This document shows, in pieces, positions 47,506 through 55,963 of a stretch of DNA of 64,000 bases (positions are counted from its first letter, which is position 1; each line of letters starts with the position of its first letter). The position numbers were made by a program, and so were the translations under genes. The stretch spans positions 1,349 through 65,348 of the forward strand of contig DATLRD010000090.1 of assembly GCA_035534855.1 (NCBI GenBank). The letters are read 5' to 3'. The stretch comes from Stellaceae bacterium. Lineage in GTDB: Bacteria > Pseudomonadota > Alphaproteobacteria > ATCC43930 > CGMCC-115725. The notes below the pieces were generated by a model. That model made no database searches. It saw nothing but the letters and a program-made list of their open reading frames with translations, and was not told the DNA's origin.

Positions 47506-48855
47506 ATGCTGGCACCCGGCATCGAACCCGACCGGCTGACAGCGAGCGTCGCGCGCTACCGCGCGCGGCTGGCGGCACGCGACAACGCGATCACCGTGCA
47601 GGGCAGCCTGGTGCGCACGGTCGGCCTGATCATGGAGGCGCGCGGCATCCACGTCGCGATCGGCGAGCGCTGCTACGTCGAGAACGAAGCCGGCCGGCTG
47701 CTGTCGGCCGAGGTTGTCGGGTTCGACGGCGGGCGGGTGCTGCTGATGGCCGAGGCTCACGCCAACGGGCTGGCACCGGGCGCACGGGTGATGCCGGCCG
47801 GCCACTCGACCGAGGTGGCGGTGGGGCCTGAGCTGCTCGGCCGCGTGGTCGATGGCGGCGGCGCGCCGATCGACGGCAAAGGGCATATCCGCTGCACCGA
47901 GCGGGTGCCGCTGTTCGGCCAGTCGATCAACCCGATGCGCCGCGCCCTGGTCGACGAGCCGCTCGATGTCGGGGTCCGCTCGATAAATGCCCTGTTCTCG
48001 ATCGGCCGAGGTTCGCGCCTCGGTCTGTTCGCCGGCAGCGGCGTCGGCAAGAGCGTGCTGCTCGGCATGATGGCGCGTTATACCAGCGCCGATATCGTCG
48101 TCGTCGGGCTGGTCGGCGAGCGCAGCCGCGAGGTCAAGGAGTTCGTCGAGCGCATCCTCGGCCCCGACGGGCTGAAAAAGGCCGTCGTCGTCGCCGCGCC
48201 GGCGAGCGATTCGCCGCTCGGCCGGGTGCACGGCGCCTATCGCGCCACGGCGATCGCCGAATATTTCCGCGACCGCGGCCATCAGGTGCTGTTGCTGATG
48301 GATTCACTGACCCGCTTTGCGATGGCGCAACGCGAGATCGGCCTCGCCGCCGGCGAAATCCCGGCGAGCCGCGGCTATCCGGCCTCGGTGTTCGGGCGGA
48401 TCGCCGCGCTGTGCGAGCGGGCCGGCAACGGCGAGCAGGGCACGGGCGGGATCACCGCGTTCTACACCGTGCTGGTCGAAGGCGACGACCCGAACGACCC
48501 GATCGGCGATTCGGCACGGTCGATCCTCGACGGGCACCTCGTACTGTCGCGGCGGCTGGCCGATCGCGGCCACTATCCGGCGCTTGATGTCGCGGCGTCG
48601 ATCAGCCGGGTGATGCCGGCGGTCGTGCCGCCCGAGCAACTCGCCCGCGCGCACCGCTTCAAGCACCTCTACACCCGGCTCGAAGAAAGCCGGGACATTC
48701 TCGCGATCGGCGGGTATCGCCCGGGCAATGACCCCGATCTCGACCTCGCCGTCTCGTTGCAGCCGGCGATCAACAAATTTCTGTGCCAGGACATGACCAA
48801 CGCCATGCGCTTCTCGGAAAGCGTCGCGTCGCTCGGCGAAATTGTCGGCATGTGA
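47506..48855 (+). CDS. fliI: flagellum-specific ATPase FliI
   Basis: 449 aa. Walker A GSGVGKSVLLGM, Walker B VLLLMDSLTRFA. F1/T3SS ATPase family. Confidence 0.95.
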   Translation: MLAPGIEPDRLTASVARYRARLAARDNAITVQGSLVRTVGLIMEARGIHVAIGERCYVENEAGRLLSAEVVGFDGGRVLLMAEAHANGLAPGARVMPAGHSTEVAVGPELLGRVVDGGGAPIDGKGHIRCTERVPLFGQSINPMRRALVDEPLDVGVRSINALFSIGRGSRLGLFAGSGVGKSVLLGMMARYTSADIVVVGLVGERSREVKEFVERILGPDGLKKAVVVAAPASDSPLGRVHGAYRATAIAEYFRDRGHQVLLLMDSLTRFAMAQREIGLAAGEIPASRGYPASVFGRIAALCERAGNGEQGTGGITAFYTVLVEGDDPNDPIGDSARSILDGHLVLSRRLADRGHYPALDVAASISRVMPAVVPPEQLARAHRFKHLYTRLEESRDILAIGGYRPGNDPDLDLAVSLQPAINKFLCQDMTNAMRFSESVASLGEIVGM

Positions 48856-48863
48856 GGGGGAAA

Positions 48864-49292
48864 ATGGCAGGATTGAACAAGCTGATAACGATGGCCTCGC
48901 ACAAGAGCGACGGGGCGCTCGCCATCTGGCAGCGGCTCAAGGCGCAATGCGACGAGGCGCTGATGAAATTGTCGCTGTTGAAGCAGCATCGCGAGCGCTA
49001 TCGCGAAATGCTGCGCGACGGGCTCGGCGAGGGCATGCCGGCGATGTCGACGATGGCCTATCTCGGCTTCATCGGCCAGATCGACGAGGTCGTGCTGCGC
49101 CAGGAAAGCGAGGTCGGGCGGCTTGAACAGGCCTGTGCCCGGCAGTGGCAGGAGTTGATCGAGACCCGTCGCGAAAAGCGCATGTACGAAATCGTCAACG
49201 AGCGCATCGCCTCGCGCGAGCTTGCGGCAGCGCTGCAGCGCGCCCAGGCCGAGATCGACGATTTGCTGCAACGGGTCGGAAAAGTCTTATAA
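48864..49292 (+). CDS. fliJ: flagellar export protein FliJ
   Basis: 142 aa from ATG 48864, predicted coiled coil. Position after fliI. The pattern ...W...L......R..K.YE... is typical of FliJ. Confidence 0.7.
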   Translation: MAGLNKLITMASHKSDGALAIWQRLKAQCDEALMKLSLLKQHRERYREMLRDGLGEGMPAMSTMAYLGFIGQIDEVVLRQESEVGRLEQACARQWQELIETRREKRMYEIVNERIASRELAAALQRAQAEIDDLLQRVGKVL

Positions 49293-49323
49293 GAGAACTT
49301 GACGTAAAACGGGATTTCGCGAA

Positions 49324-49851
49324 ATGACCGATCAGACCGTCGACCTCGACGTCGAGGCGCCAAAATCGGGCAAGGGCAGAATAAAGCTCTACATCATCAT
49401 CGCCGTGGCGGTGGTGCTGTTGGGGGCCGGCGCCGGCGCGGCGTGGTATTTTCTGCTCGGCGGCGCGCATGCGCCGAAAGAAGTCGAGGCGCCGCTGCCG
49501 GTCTTTCTCGACCTGAAACCGTTTGTCGTCACCGTGCCGAGCCGCTCCGGGCCGTCGCATTTCGTGCAGCTCGGCGTCTCGTTTCAGGTGTCCGGGTCGG
49601 CCGCCTCCGCGCTGGTCGATGCCGTGCTGCCCAAGATCAAGGATGCGATGCGGCAGACGCTGCTGACCTTCAAATCGGAGGATATGCAATCGCCTGAAAC
49701 GCTCGATAAGGTGCGCGTCGCGCTTCTCGCGCAGGTCAACCGGGCGCTGGTCGCCGAACTCGGTCAGGAGCGCATCGACAAGGCGAACGGCGGCAAGCCG
49801 GGCCAGCCGCTCGTCAGGAGCGTCTATTTCCCGACGCTGATCGTGGAATGA
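49324..49851 (+). CDS. fliL: flagellar basal-body-associated protein FliL
   Basis: 175 aa with a single N-terminal TM (LYIIIAVAVVLLGAGAGAAWYF). FliL core (VFLDLKPFVVTV...FVQLGVSFQV...IKDAMRQTLLTF). Confidence 0.8.
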   Translation: MTDQTVDLDVEAPKSGKGRIKLYIIIAVAVVLLGAGAGAAWYFLLGGAHAPKEVEAPLPVFLDLKPFVVTVPSRSGPSHFVQLGVSFQVSGSAASALVDAVLPKIKDAMRQTLLTFKSEDMQSPETLDKVRVALLAQVNRALVAELGQERIDKANGGKPGQPLVRSVYFPTLIVE

Positions 49852-49878
49852 CCGACGCCGCGCCGGGGGAAAGCCACC

Positions 49879-50220
49879 GTGCCCTACGATGTCGACGATC
49901 TGACCTCGCTGTCGCTGACGATTGCGATCCTGGTTCTGCTGCTGTGGGGCGCGGTGTGGCTGGTACGGCGGATGCGCCCCGGCGCGGTCTCGCTGTGGGA
50001 CGGGCGCGACTGCGCGGTGATCCGCTCGCTGGCACTGGGGCCGCGCGAGCGGCTCGTCGTCGTGCGGGTCGGCAGCCGGCAGCTCGTCGTCGGGGTCGGC
50101 TCGGCGTCGGTCTCGCTGTTGTGCGAGCTCGACGAACCGCTTCCGTCGGCCGGTGGCGCGGCCGACCAGAGATTCGGTGAGGCAATACGAAAGGCGGTAG
50201 GGCGATGGCGCGGCGGCTGA
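49879..50220 (+). CDS. fliO: flagellar biosynthesis protein FliO
   Basis: 113 aa, GTG start, a single TM (LSLTIAILVLLLWGAVWLVRR), then ...VIRSLALGPRERLVVVRVGSRQLVVGVG. Precedes fliP. Confidence 0.72.
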   Translation: MPYDVDDLTSLSLTIAILVLLLWGAVWLVRRMRPGAVSLWDGRDCAVIRSLALGPRERLVVVRVGSRQLVVGVGSASVSLLCELDEPLPSAGGAADQRFGEAIRKAVGRWRGG

Positions 50221-50960
50221 CGGCATGTCTGGCGATTGCGGTCGGGGGGGCGTGCCTGGTGGCCTGCGTTTCGGCGCACGCTGCCGGGATCGGCGCCTTC
50301 GACGTGCACCCCGACGGGCATGGCGGGCAGAGCTACACCGTGCCGGTGCAGATCCTGCTGCTGATGGCGGGGTTGGTGTTCCTGCCCGCCCTGCTGCTGA
50401 CGATGACCTCGTTCACCCGCATCATCATCGTGCTGTCGCTGCTGCGCCAGGCGCTCGGGCTGACCCAGACACCGCCCAACCAGATCCTGATCGGGCTGGC
50501 GCTGTTTTTGACGATGTTTGTGATGGGACCGGTCTTCACCCAGGTCGGCGACCAGGCGGTGCGCCCGCTGCTCGACAACAAGATTTCCGCCACCGACGCG
50601 CTCGACAGGGCGCAGGGCCCGCTGCATGACTTCATGATCAAGCAGACCCGCCGCGAGGATCTGGGGCTGTTTATCAAGCTGGCCGGCGGCACCACCTATC
50701 CGACCGCCAAGGACGTGCCGTTTCGCATCCTGGTGCCGGCGTTCGTCACCTCTGAGCTTAAGACCGGGTTCCAGATCGGCTTTCTGATCTTTCTGCCGTT
50801 CCTGGTGATCGACATCGTCGTCGCGGCGGTGATGATGTCGTTGGGGATGATGCTGCTGTCGCCGACCAGCGTGTCGCTGCCGCTCAAGCTGGCGCTGTTC
50901 GTGCTGGTCAACGGGTGGACGTTGGTGATCGGGTCGCTGGCCGAGGGATTTATCCGGTGA
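50205..50960 (+). CDS. fliP: flagellar export-gate protein FliP
   Basis: 251 aa with a signal peptide, then the conserved TSFTRIIIVLSLLRQALGLTQTPPNQILIGLALFLTMFVM and ...FVTSELKTGFQIGFLIFLPFLVIDIVVA. Confidence 0.95.
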   Translation: MARRLTACLAIAVGGACLVACVSAHAAGIGAFDVHPDGHGGQSYTVPVQILLLMAGLVFLPALLLTMTSFTRIIIVLSLLRQALGLTQTPPNQILIGLALFLTMFVMGPVFTQVGDQAVRPLLDNKISATDALDRAQGPLHDFMIKQTRREDLGLFIKLAGGTTYPTAKDVPFRILVPAFVTSELKTGFQIGFLIFLPFLVIDIVVAAVMMSLGMMLLSPTSVSLPLKLALFVLVNGWTLVIGSLAEGFIR

Positions 50961-51226
50961 GCACCGTCGAGATCCTCTCCGCCGCTCGCGAGATGCTGGT
51001 GATCACGCTGCTGCTGATGACCCCGTTTCTCGGCGTGGCGATGCTCGCCAGCCTGGTCATCGGCCTGTTGCAGGCGAGCACCCGGATGAACGATCTGACC
51101 CTCAGTTTCGTGCCGCGGTTTTTTGCGGTGTTGCTGGTGGTCTATCTCTCGGCGTCGTGGGCAACCCGGCACATGAGTGCCTATGTCGAGCATTCGATGG
51201 CGGCGGCACGGACGATTTACGAGTGA
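50957..51226 (+). CDS. fliQ: flagellar export-gate protein FliQ, copy 2 (canonical fliP-fliQ-fliR position)
   Basis: 89 aa from GTG 50957 (GTGA overlap with fliP): ...TPFLGVAMLASLVIGLLQASTRMNDLTLSFVPRFFAVLLVVYLSASW... FliQ-like, but more divergent than copy 1. Confidence 0.8.
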   Translation: MSTVEILSAAREMLVITLLLMTPFLGVAMLASLVIGLLQASTRMNDLTLSFVPRFFAVLLVVYLSASWATRHMSAYVEHSMAAARTIYE

Positions 51227-51230
51227 GCCG

Positions 51231-52016
51231 ATGCTGACCATCGGCAACGGGGATATCGCCCGCTGGCTCGGCGAGTTCCTGTGGCCGTTTCTGCGCACAC
51301 TGGCGCTGTTCGCAACCGCGCCGGGATTCAATTCGGCATCGGTCCCGGTGCGGGCCAAGGTGGCGCTGGCGTTTATCGTCACCGTGGCGATCGCGGCGAC
51401 GCTAAAGCCGTCGGCGCCGGTCAACCTGTCGTGGACCACCGCCGAGCTGGTGGTCGAGCAGGTTCTGGTGGGGATCGCGCTCGGTTTTGCGATGCAGGTG
51501 ACGCTGGCAGCGATGGCGCTGGCGGGTGAATTCGTCGGAATTCAGATGGGGTTCGGCTTCGCCAGCCTGTTCGATTTTCAGAGCGGGTTCGAGGTGCCGG
51601 TGATGTCGAACTTCTTCAGCCTCACCGGGCTGATGCTGTTCCTCGCCCTCAACGGCCATCTGGTGCTGCTCGGCGTGCTGGTCAAAAGCTTCGCGATCGT
51701 GCCGATCGCGCCGGGCAGTGGCATCTCGCTCGCCGGCTGGCGGGCGCTGGCTCATGCCGGGGTGCTGCTGTTCCAGATGGGCGTGTGGCTTGCCTTGCCG
51801 GTGATCGCGGTACTGCTGGCAGCGCATCTGACGGTCGCGGTCGTGTCGCGCGTGGCGCCCCAGTTCAACATCATGTCGCTCGGCTTTTCGCTGTTCATGT
51901 GGGTCGGGATCGCTGCCGTGCTCGCCCTGGTGCCGTTCTTCGTGCCGGCGGTCGAGCACATGATCCAGGCCGGGCTCGCCCTCGCCCACGCTGCGCTGCA
52001 AGGGCCGCACCGTTGA
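51231..52016 (+). CDS. fliR: flagellar export-gate protein FliR
   Basis: 261 aa from ATG 51231, multi-TM. Contains FLWPFLRTLALFATAPGF...VPVRAKVALAF... and GFASLFDFQSG. Confidence 0.9.
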   Translation: MLTIGNGDIARWLGEFLWPFLRTLALFATAPGFNSASVPVRAKVALAFIVTVAIAATLKPSAPVNLSWTTAELVVEQVLVGIALGFAMQVTLAAMALAGEFVGIQMGFGFASLFDFQSGFEVPVMSNFFSLTGLMLFLALNGHLVLLGVLVKSFAIVPIAPGSGISLAGWRALAHAGVLLFQMGVWLALPVIAVLLAAHLTVAVVSRVAPQFNIMSLGFSLFMWVGIAAVLALVPFFVPAVEHMIQAGLALAHAALQGPHR

Positions 52017-53149
52017 GCGACACCCATGGTTCAGAGGGCCGCACCGAACAGGCCACGCCGCGACGGCTGGAAAAGGCGCGCGAGGAAGGCCAGATCATCC
52101 GCGCCCATTCGGTCGCCGGCGCGGCGGTGCTGGTGGCCGGCGCGTTTGTGCTGCTGATCGGCGGCAGCAAGCTCGTGGCACTGCTCGAAACGAGCCTGCG
52201 CTCGGGGTTGAGCCTCGCCCCCGAGCCGATGCGCGAGCCATCGCGCCTGCTAGAGGCGGCCGGCGACGTATTGCGGCCGGGCTTCGCGGCGCTGGCGCCG
52301 TTTCTGCTCCTGATGGCGGCGGTCGCCTTCGTCACTGATCTGGCGATCGGCGGCTGGATATTTACGCCGCAGCCGCTCATGCCCAAGGCCGACCGGATCA
52401 ACCCGATCAGCGGCTTCGGCAGGCTGTTTTCCAGTGATGCGGCGGCCGAGATCGTCAAGGCGCTGGTCAAGACCGCGGTGATCGGGGCGGTCGCGTATTG
52501 GCTGGTGCGCGCGCGGCTCGACCGGTTTCTGCACGTCGCGGCCGAAACCTGGCCGTTTGCCCTGCAGCAGGTCGCCGCGCTGATCGCCAACATCCTGCTC
52601 GTGCTCGCGGTGGCGCTGGCGCTGGTGACGGCGCTGGAAGTGCCCTACCAGATCTGGTCGTTCCGTAGGCGCCTGCGGATGTCGCACCAGGACATCAAGG
52701 ACGAACATCGCGAGACCGACGGAAATCCGCAGACCCGCCGCCGCATCCGCAGCCTGCGCCTGAAGCTGGCTCGCGCGCGGATGATGACCGAAGTGCCAAA
52801 GGCCGATGTGGTCGTCACCAACCCACAGCATTACGCGGCGGCGCTGAGCTATGACGAAAACCGGATGCGGGCGCCGCGCCTGGTCGCCAAGGGTACCGGG
52901 CTGGTCGCGTTGCGCATCCGCGAACTCGCCGCCGAGCACGGCGTGCCGATCATCGAGGCGCCGCCGCTGACCCGCGCGATCTGCCGCTATGTCGAACTCG
53001 GCAGCGAGATCCCGACCGGGCTCTACGGCGCGGTGGCCGAGGTGCTGGCTTACGTCTACCGGCTGCGCGCGGCCCGGACTGCCGGGCGGCCGTCGCCGAC
53101 CGCGCCGCAGGACGGCCGCTTTGAGCCGCCGGCGGAGTTCGATGCGTAA
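52013..53149 (+). CDS. flhB: flagellar export switch protein FlhB
   Basis: 378 aa from TTG 52013 (4-nt overlap with fliR). Contains EGRTEQATPRRLEKAREEGQIIRAHS and the autocleavage site region VVVTNPQHYAAAL (NPxH, the FlhB NPTH equivalent). Confidence 0.92.
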   Translation: MSDTHGSEGRTEQATPRRLEKAREEGQIIRAHSVAGAAVLVAGAFVLLIGGSKLVALLETSLRSGLSLAPEPMREPSRLLEAAGDVLRPGFAALAPFLLLMAAVAFVTDLAIGGWIFTPQPLMPKADRINPISGFGRLFSSDAAAEIVKALVKTAVIGAVAYWLVRARLDRFLHVAAETWPFALQQVAALIANILLVLAVALALVTALEVPYQIWSFRRRLRMSHQDIKDEHRETDGNPQTRRRIRSLRLKLARARMMTEVPKADVVVTNPQHYAAALSYDENRMRAPRLVAKGTGLVALRIRELAAEHGVPIIEAPPLTRAICRYVELGSEIPTGLYGAVAEVLAYVYRLRAARTAGRPSPTAPQDGRFEPPAEFDA

Positions 53150-53171
53150 GCCGGCGGCGGCGCGTTGCGGG

Positions 53172-53534
53172 TCAGGCAGCGCCGAGCGAATGCCGCGCCG
53201 CGGGGCGCTGCTCGCTGCCATCGGAATTGTAGGACCGGTGCAGGTCGATCCGGCGCAGGCGGTCGAGCGCCGCCGTCAGGTGACGCAGCATTGCGCCGCA
53301 GATGATTGCGTTGTCGCGGTTGTAGCGGGCCAGCCGGGTCAGCGTTTCGAGGTCGGGCAGCGGCGTGTCGGGCGCTGCCACCGCGGCCTCGATCGTCTCT
53401 GCCAGGCTGAGCTTGCGGCGCGTCACCGCGTTGATCGCCTCGGCGCCGCCCGAGAGCAACGTCGCGCGTTCCTCTTCGAGCACCGCCGTCAACTCGTCGA
53501 GCAGGGCAGAAAGCCGGCCAGGCTGAGTGGTCAT
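53172..53534 (-). CDS. flgN: FlgN-like flagellar chaperone
   Basis: 120 aa, helical: LSALLDELTAVLEEERATLLSG...INAVTRRKLSL...RLARYNRDNAIICGAMLRHLTAAL. Sits next to flgA, as in beta/gamma-type loci. Confidence 0.55.
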   Translation of the reverse strand: MTTQPGRLSALLDELTAVLEEERATLLSGGAEAINAVTRRKLSLAETIEAAVAAPDTPLPDLETLTRLARYNRDNAIICGAMLRHLTAALDRLRRIDLHRSYNSDGSEQRPAARHSLGAA

Positions 53535-53552
53535 GGGCGTGCCCTCGCTCCG

Positions 53553-54263
53553 CTAGAATTTCAGCTCGACGCCGCCGTCGCTGTCGACCATCGCCCGCAG
53601 CGTCTTCTGCGTCTCGGGGTTGCGCACTTCGATGCTGTCGCCGACCCGGCCGTCTTCGAGCGCCAGCGCCGCGGTTCGGATCGTCATCGTCGGGTCGCGC
53701 AGGGTCAGCACCACTTTTTGCCCACGGTGCACGGCGATCGGCAGGTCGAGCAGCGACGACAGGATCGGCGCACCCATCGGCAGCCCGGCGCGCAGGATCT
53801 TGCCCTCGGCCTGACGCGGGTCGGTCAGCACCCCGCCGGTCGCGGTGAACATGTCGACCCGGCCGCGTGTCAGATCGCGTGGGCTGAGCGCCCGGTTCGG
53901 GACCAGGTTGGTGGCGGCGACCACCGCCTCGACCCAGGCGTGCAGATGCACCGGCACGTAGATGGCCCAGGCCGGCGCCGCGCAGGTCACCTCGGCCGAC
54001 ATCACCGCCGCGTCGTTGGGCGGCAGGGTCACGTCGACCGACGGGCATTCCGGCAGCTGAAGTCGCGGATCAATCGACCCGACCTCGATACCGATATTCG
54101 TGCCCTTGATTACTGGAAGTCGCGGCTGCACCGCCGCCTTGACCGCCGCCTTGATCGTCATCGGGTCTTCGATTGCGCCGGCCGCAGCGAGGCTCACCTT
54201 GGCGAAAAACGCTGCCGTAATGCCAACTAGCAGCAACCACCGCATCGAATACTGGCGCATCAT
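53553..54263 (-). CDS. flgA: flagellar P-ring assembly chaperone FlgA
   Basis: 236 aa from ATG 54263 with a signal peptide (WLLLVGITAAFFAKVSLAAAG). C-terminal SAF-like region (ILRAGLPMGAPI...HRGQKVVLTL...ALEDGRVGDSIEVRN..T.K). Divergent from flgB. Confidence 0.85.
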   Translation of the reverse strand: MMRQYSMRWLLLVGITAAFFAKVSLAAAGAIEDPMTIKAAVKAAVQPRLPVIKGTNIGIEVGSIDPRLQLPECPSVDVTLPPNDAAVMSAEVTCAAPAWAIYVPVHLHAWVEAVVAATNLVPNRALSPRDLTRGRVDMFTATGGVLTDPRQAEGKILRAGLPMGAPILSSLLDLPIAVHRGQKVVLTLRDPTMTIRTAALALEDGRVGDSIEVRNPETQKTLRAMVDSDGGVELKF

Positions 54264-54383
54264 CTGAACTTTCCCCTTGCGCCTTTCGCAACATCGCATT
54301 AGCATACCGAAAATCGGAAATTCGGCAAGTTCGGAAAGTCTGCGAGCAGCATATTTCGGTTGGAGAGCGGATTGGTTGCCGGA

Positions 54384-54833
54384 GTGCTTGATACTGGACT
54401 TGATTTCTACCGCCAGGTGCTGGCCGTACGCGGCTATCGCCAGGAAGTGCTGGCGGCCGACATCGCCAATGCCAGCACGCCGGGGTTCAAGGCGGTCGAT
54501 GTCGATTTTGCCGCGGCGCTGAAGCAGGCCGCCGGAGGTGCCGGCGCGGATGTTTCGGCCGGCGGGCCGGCGCGGGCATGGCTCGTCGACGATCCGCGCC
54601 AGATGCAGCCATCGGGCGCTGCCGCCGGCGGCAGCTCGGTTGCCGATGCGGTCAAGTACCAGGTCGGCACCGAGGTGACGCTCGACGGCAACAGCGTCGA
54701 CCTCGATCACGAAAAGACCGAGGCGGCGGCCAACGGCGTCGACTATGAGGCGGTGGCGACCTTTACCACCCAGACGCTGCGGATGCTGGCTACCGCGATC
54801 AACGGTAGTCCAGGTCAGGCAAGCGGGGCATAG
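54384..54833 (+). CDS. flgB: flagellar basal-body rod protein FlgB
   Basis: 149 aa from GTG 54384 (VLDTGLDFYRQVLAVRGYRQEVLAADIANASTPGFKA), which aligns with the E. coli FlgB N-terminus. The track ORF begins at TTG 54360. Confidence 0.88.
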   Translation: MLDTGLDFYRQVLAVRGYRQEVLAADIANASTPGFKAVDVDFAAALKQAAGGAGADVSAGGPARAWLVDDPRQMQPSGAAAGGSSVADAVKYQVGTEVTLDGNSVDLDHEKTEAAANGVDYEAVATFTTQTLRMLATAINGSPGQASGA

Positions 54834-54836
54834 ACG

Positions 54837-55256
54837 ATGTCACTGCTCGGGGTGTTGGGGATTTCCGGCTCGGGCATGACCGCCGAGTCCGAGCGGTTGT
54901 CGGCGGTGGCGAGCAACATCGCCAACGCCAATACGATGACGAGTTCCACCGGCCAGCCCTACCGGGCGCGCGAGGTGGTGTTTCAGGCGGTGCCGGCAGA
55001 TGGCGGGAACAACGGCCCCGCATCGGCCGGGATGGCCGGGGTCAAGGTTGCCGCGGTGGTCGAAAGCAACGCCCCGCTCAAGCAGGTTTACGACCCGGGC
55101 AGCAGCTTTGCCGATGCCAACGGCTACGTGCAGATGCCCAACGTCAACCCGGTTGACGAGATGGTTAACATGCTGTCGGCGCAGCAGGACTACCAGGCCG
55201 ATCTCGAGGCGTTCAACGTCGCCAAGACCTTGGCCCTTCACACGTTGCAGATCTAG
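54837..55256 (+). CDS. flgC: flagellar basal-body rod protein FlgC
   Basis: 139 aa: GISGSGMTAESERLSAVASNIANANT... and a C-terminal VNPVDEMVNMLSAQQDYQADLEAFN. Confidence 0.92.
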   Translation: MSLLGVLGISGSGMTAESERLSAVASNIANANTMTSSTGQPYRAREVVFQAVPADGGNNGPASAGMAGVKVAAVVESNAPLKQVYDPGSSFADANGYVQMPNVNPVDEMVNMLSAQQDYQADLEAFNVAKTLALHTLQI

Positions 55257-55278
55257 CCCAGGGGTACGGGAGCGTGCG

Positions 55279-55941
55279 ATGAGCCTCGTTTCGACGATGC
55301 CGCCGACGGTGACAACCCTGCCGCAGGGAACCCAGATTCCCAGCGCGGCCGCCAGCAATACGACGCTGACCCAAAACAACTTCCTGCAACTGCTGACCGC
55401 CCAGCTGCAGCACCAGGACCCGTTGAACCCGCTAAGCCCGAGCGATTTCGCCGCACAGTTGGCGCAGTTTTCGACCGCGACGGGGGTGCAGAGCCTCAAC
55501 ACTACGATGAACGCTGCGGGCGGCATCCAGGCCGCCGGTCTCGTCGGCCACAATGTTGCGGTCGCCGGCAATACGCTCGTGCTGGGCAGCGGCGGCGCCG
55601 CAACCGGCGCGTTTTCACTGTCGGGTGCGGCCAAGGACGTCCAGGTGACGGTATCGAACTCGAGCGGCAACTTGGTCGCCGTGCTCGACCTTGGGTCAAT
55701 GGCGGCCGGCAGCCAGACCTTCACGTGGAACGGCCAGTCGATCGCCGGCACGACTTTGCCGGCCGGCAACTACAGCTTTGCTGTGGCGCCGACCTCGGCC
55801 GGCAGCACAGCGGTATCGGCGACCCCGTATTCGGTGGTGCCGGTCACCGCCGTCGTCCTCAACGCCCAGAATGGGCCGACGCTCAATCTTGGCGACGGCG
55901 CGGCGCCAGTGGCGCTCAGCGCGGTGCAGCAGGTGTTCTAA
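55279..55941 (+). CDS. flgD: flagellar hook capping protein FlgD
   Basis: 220 aa from ATG 55279. NNFLQLLTAQLQHQDPLNPLSPSDFAAQLAQFS, then a FlgD Ig-like domain. Confidence 0.9.
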   Translation: MSLVSTMPPTVTTLPQGTQIPSAAASNTTLTQNNFLQLLTAQLQHQDPLNPLSPSDFAAQLAQFSTATGVQSLNTTMNAAGGIQAAGLVGHNVAVAGNTLVLGSGGAATGAFSLSGAAKDVQVTVSNSSGNLVAVLDLGSMAAGSQTFTWNGQSIAGTTLPAGNYSFAVAPTSAGSTAVSATPYSVVPVTAVVLNAQNGPTLNLGDGAAPVALSAVQQVF

Positions 55942-55963
55942 CCCCCAGGGACGGAGTCAGCAG

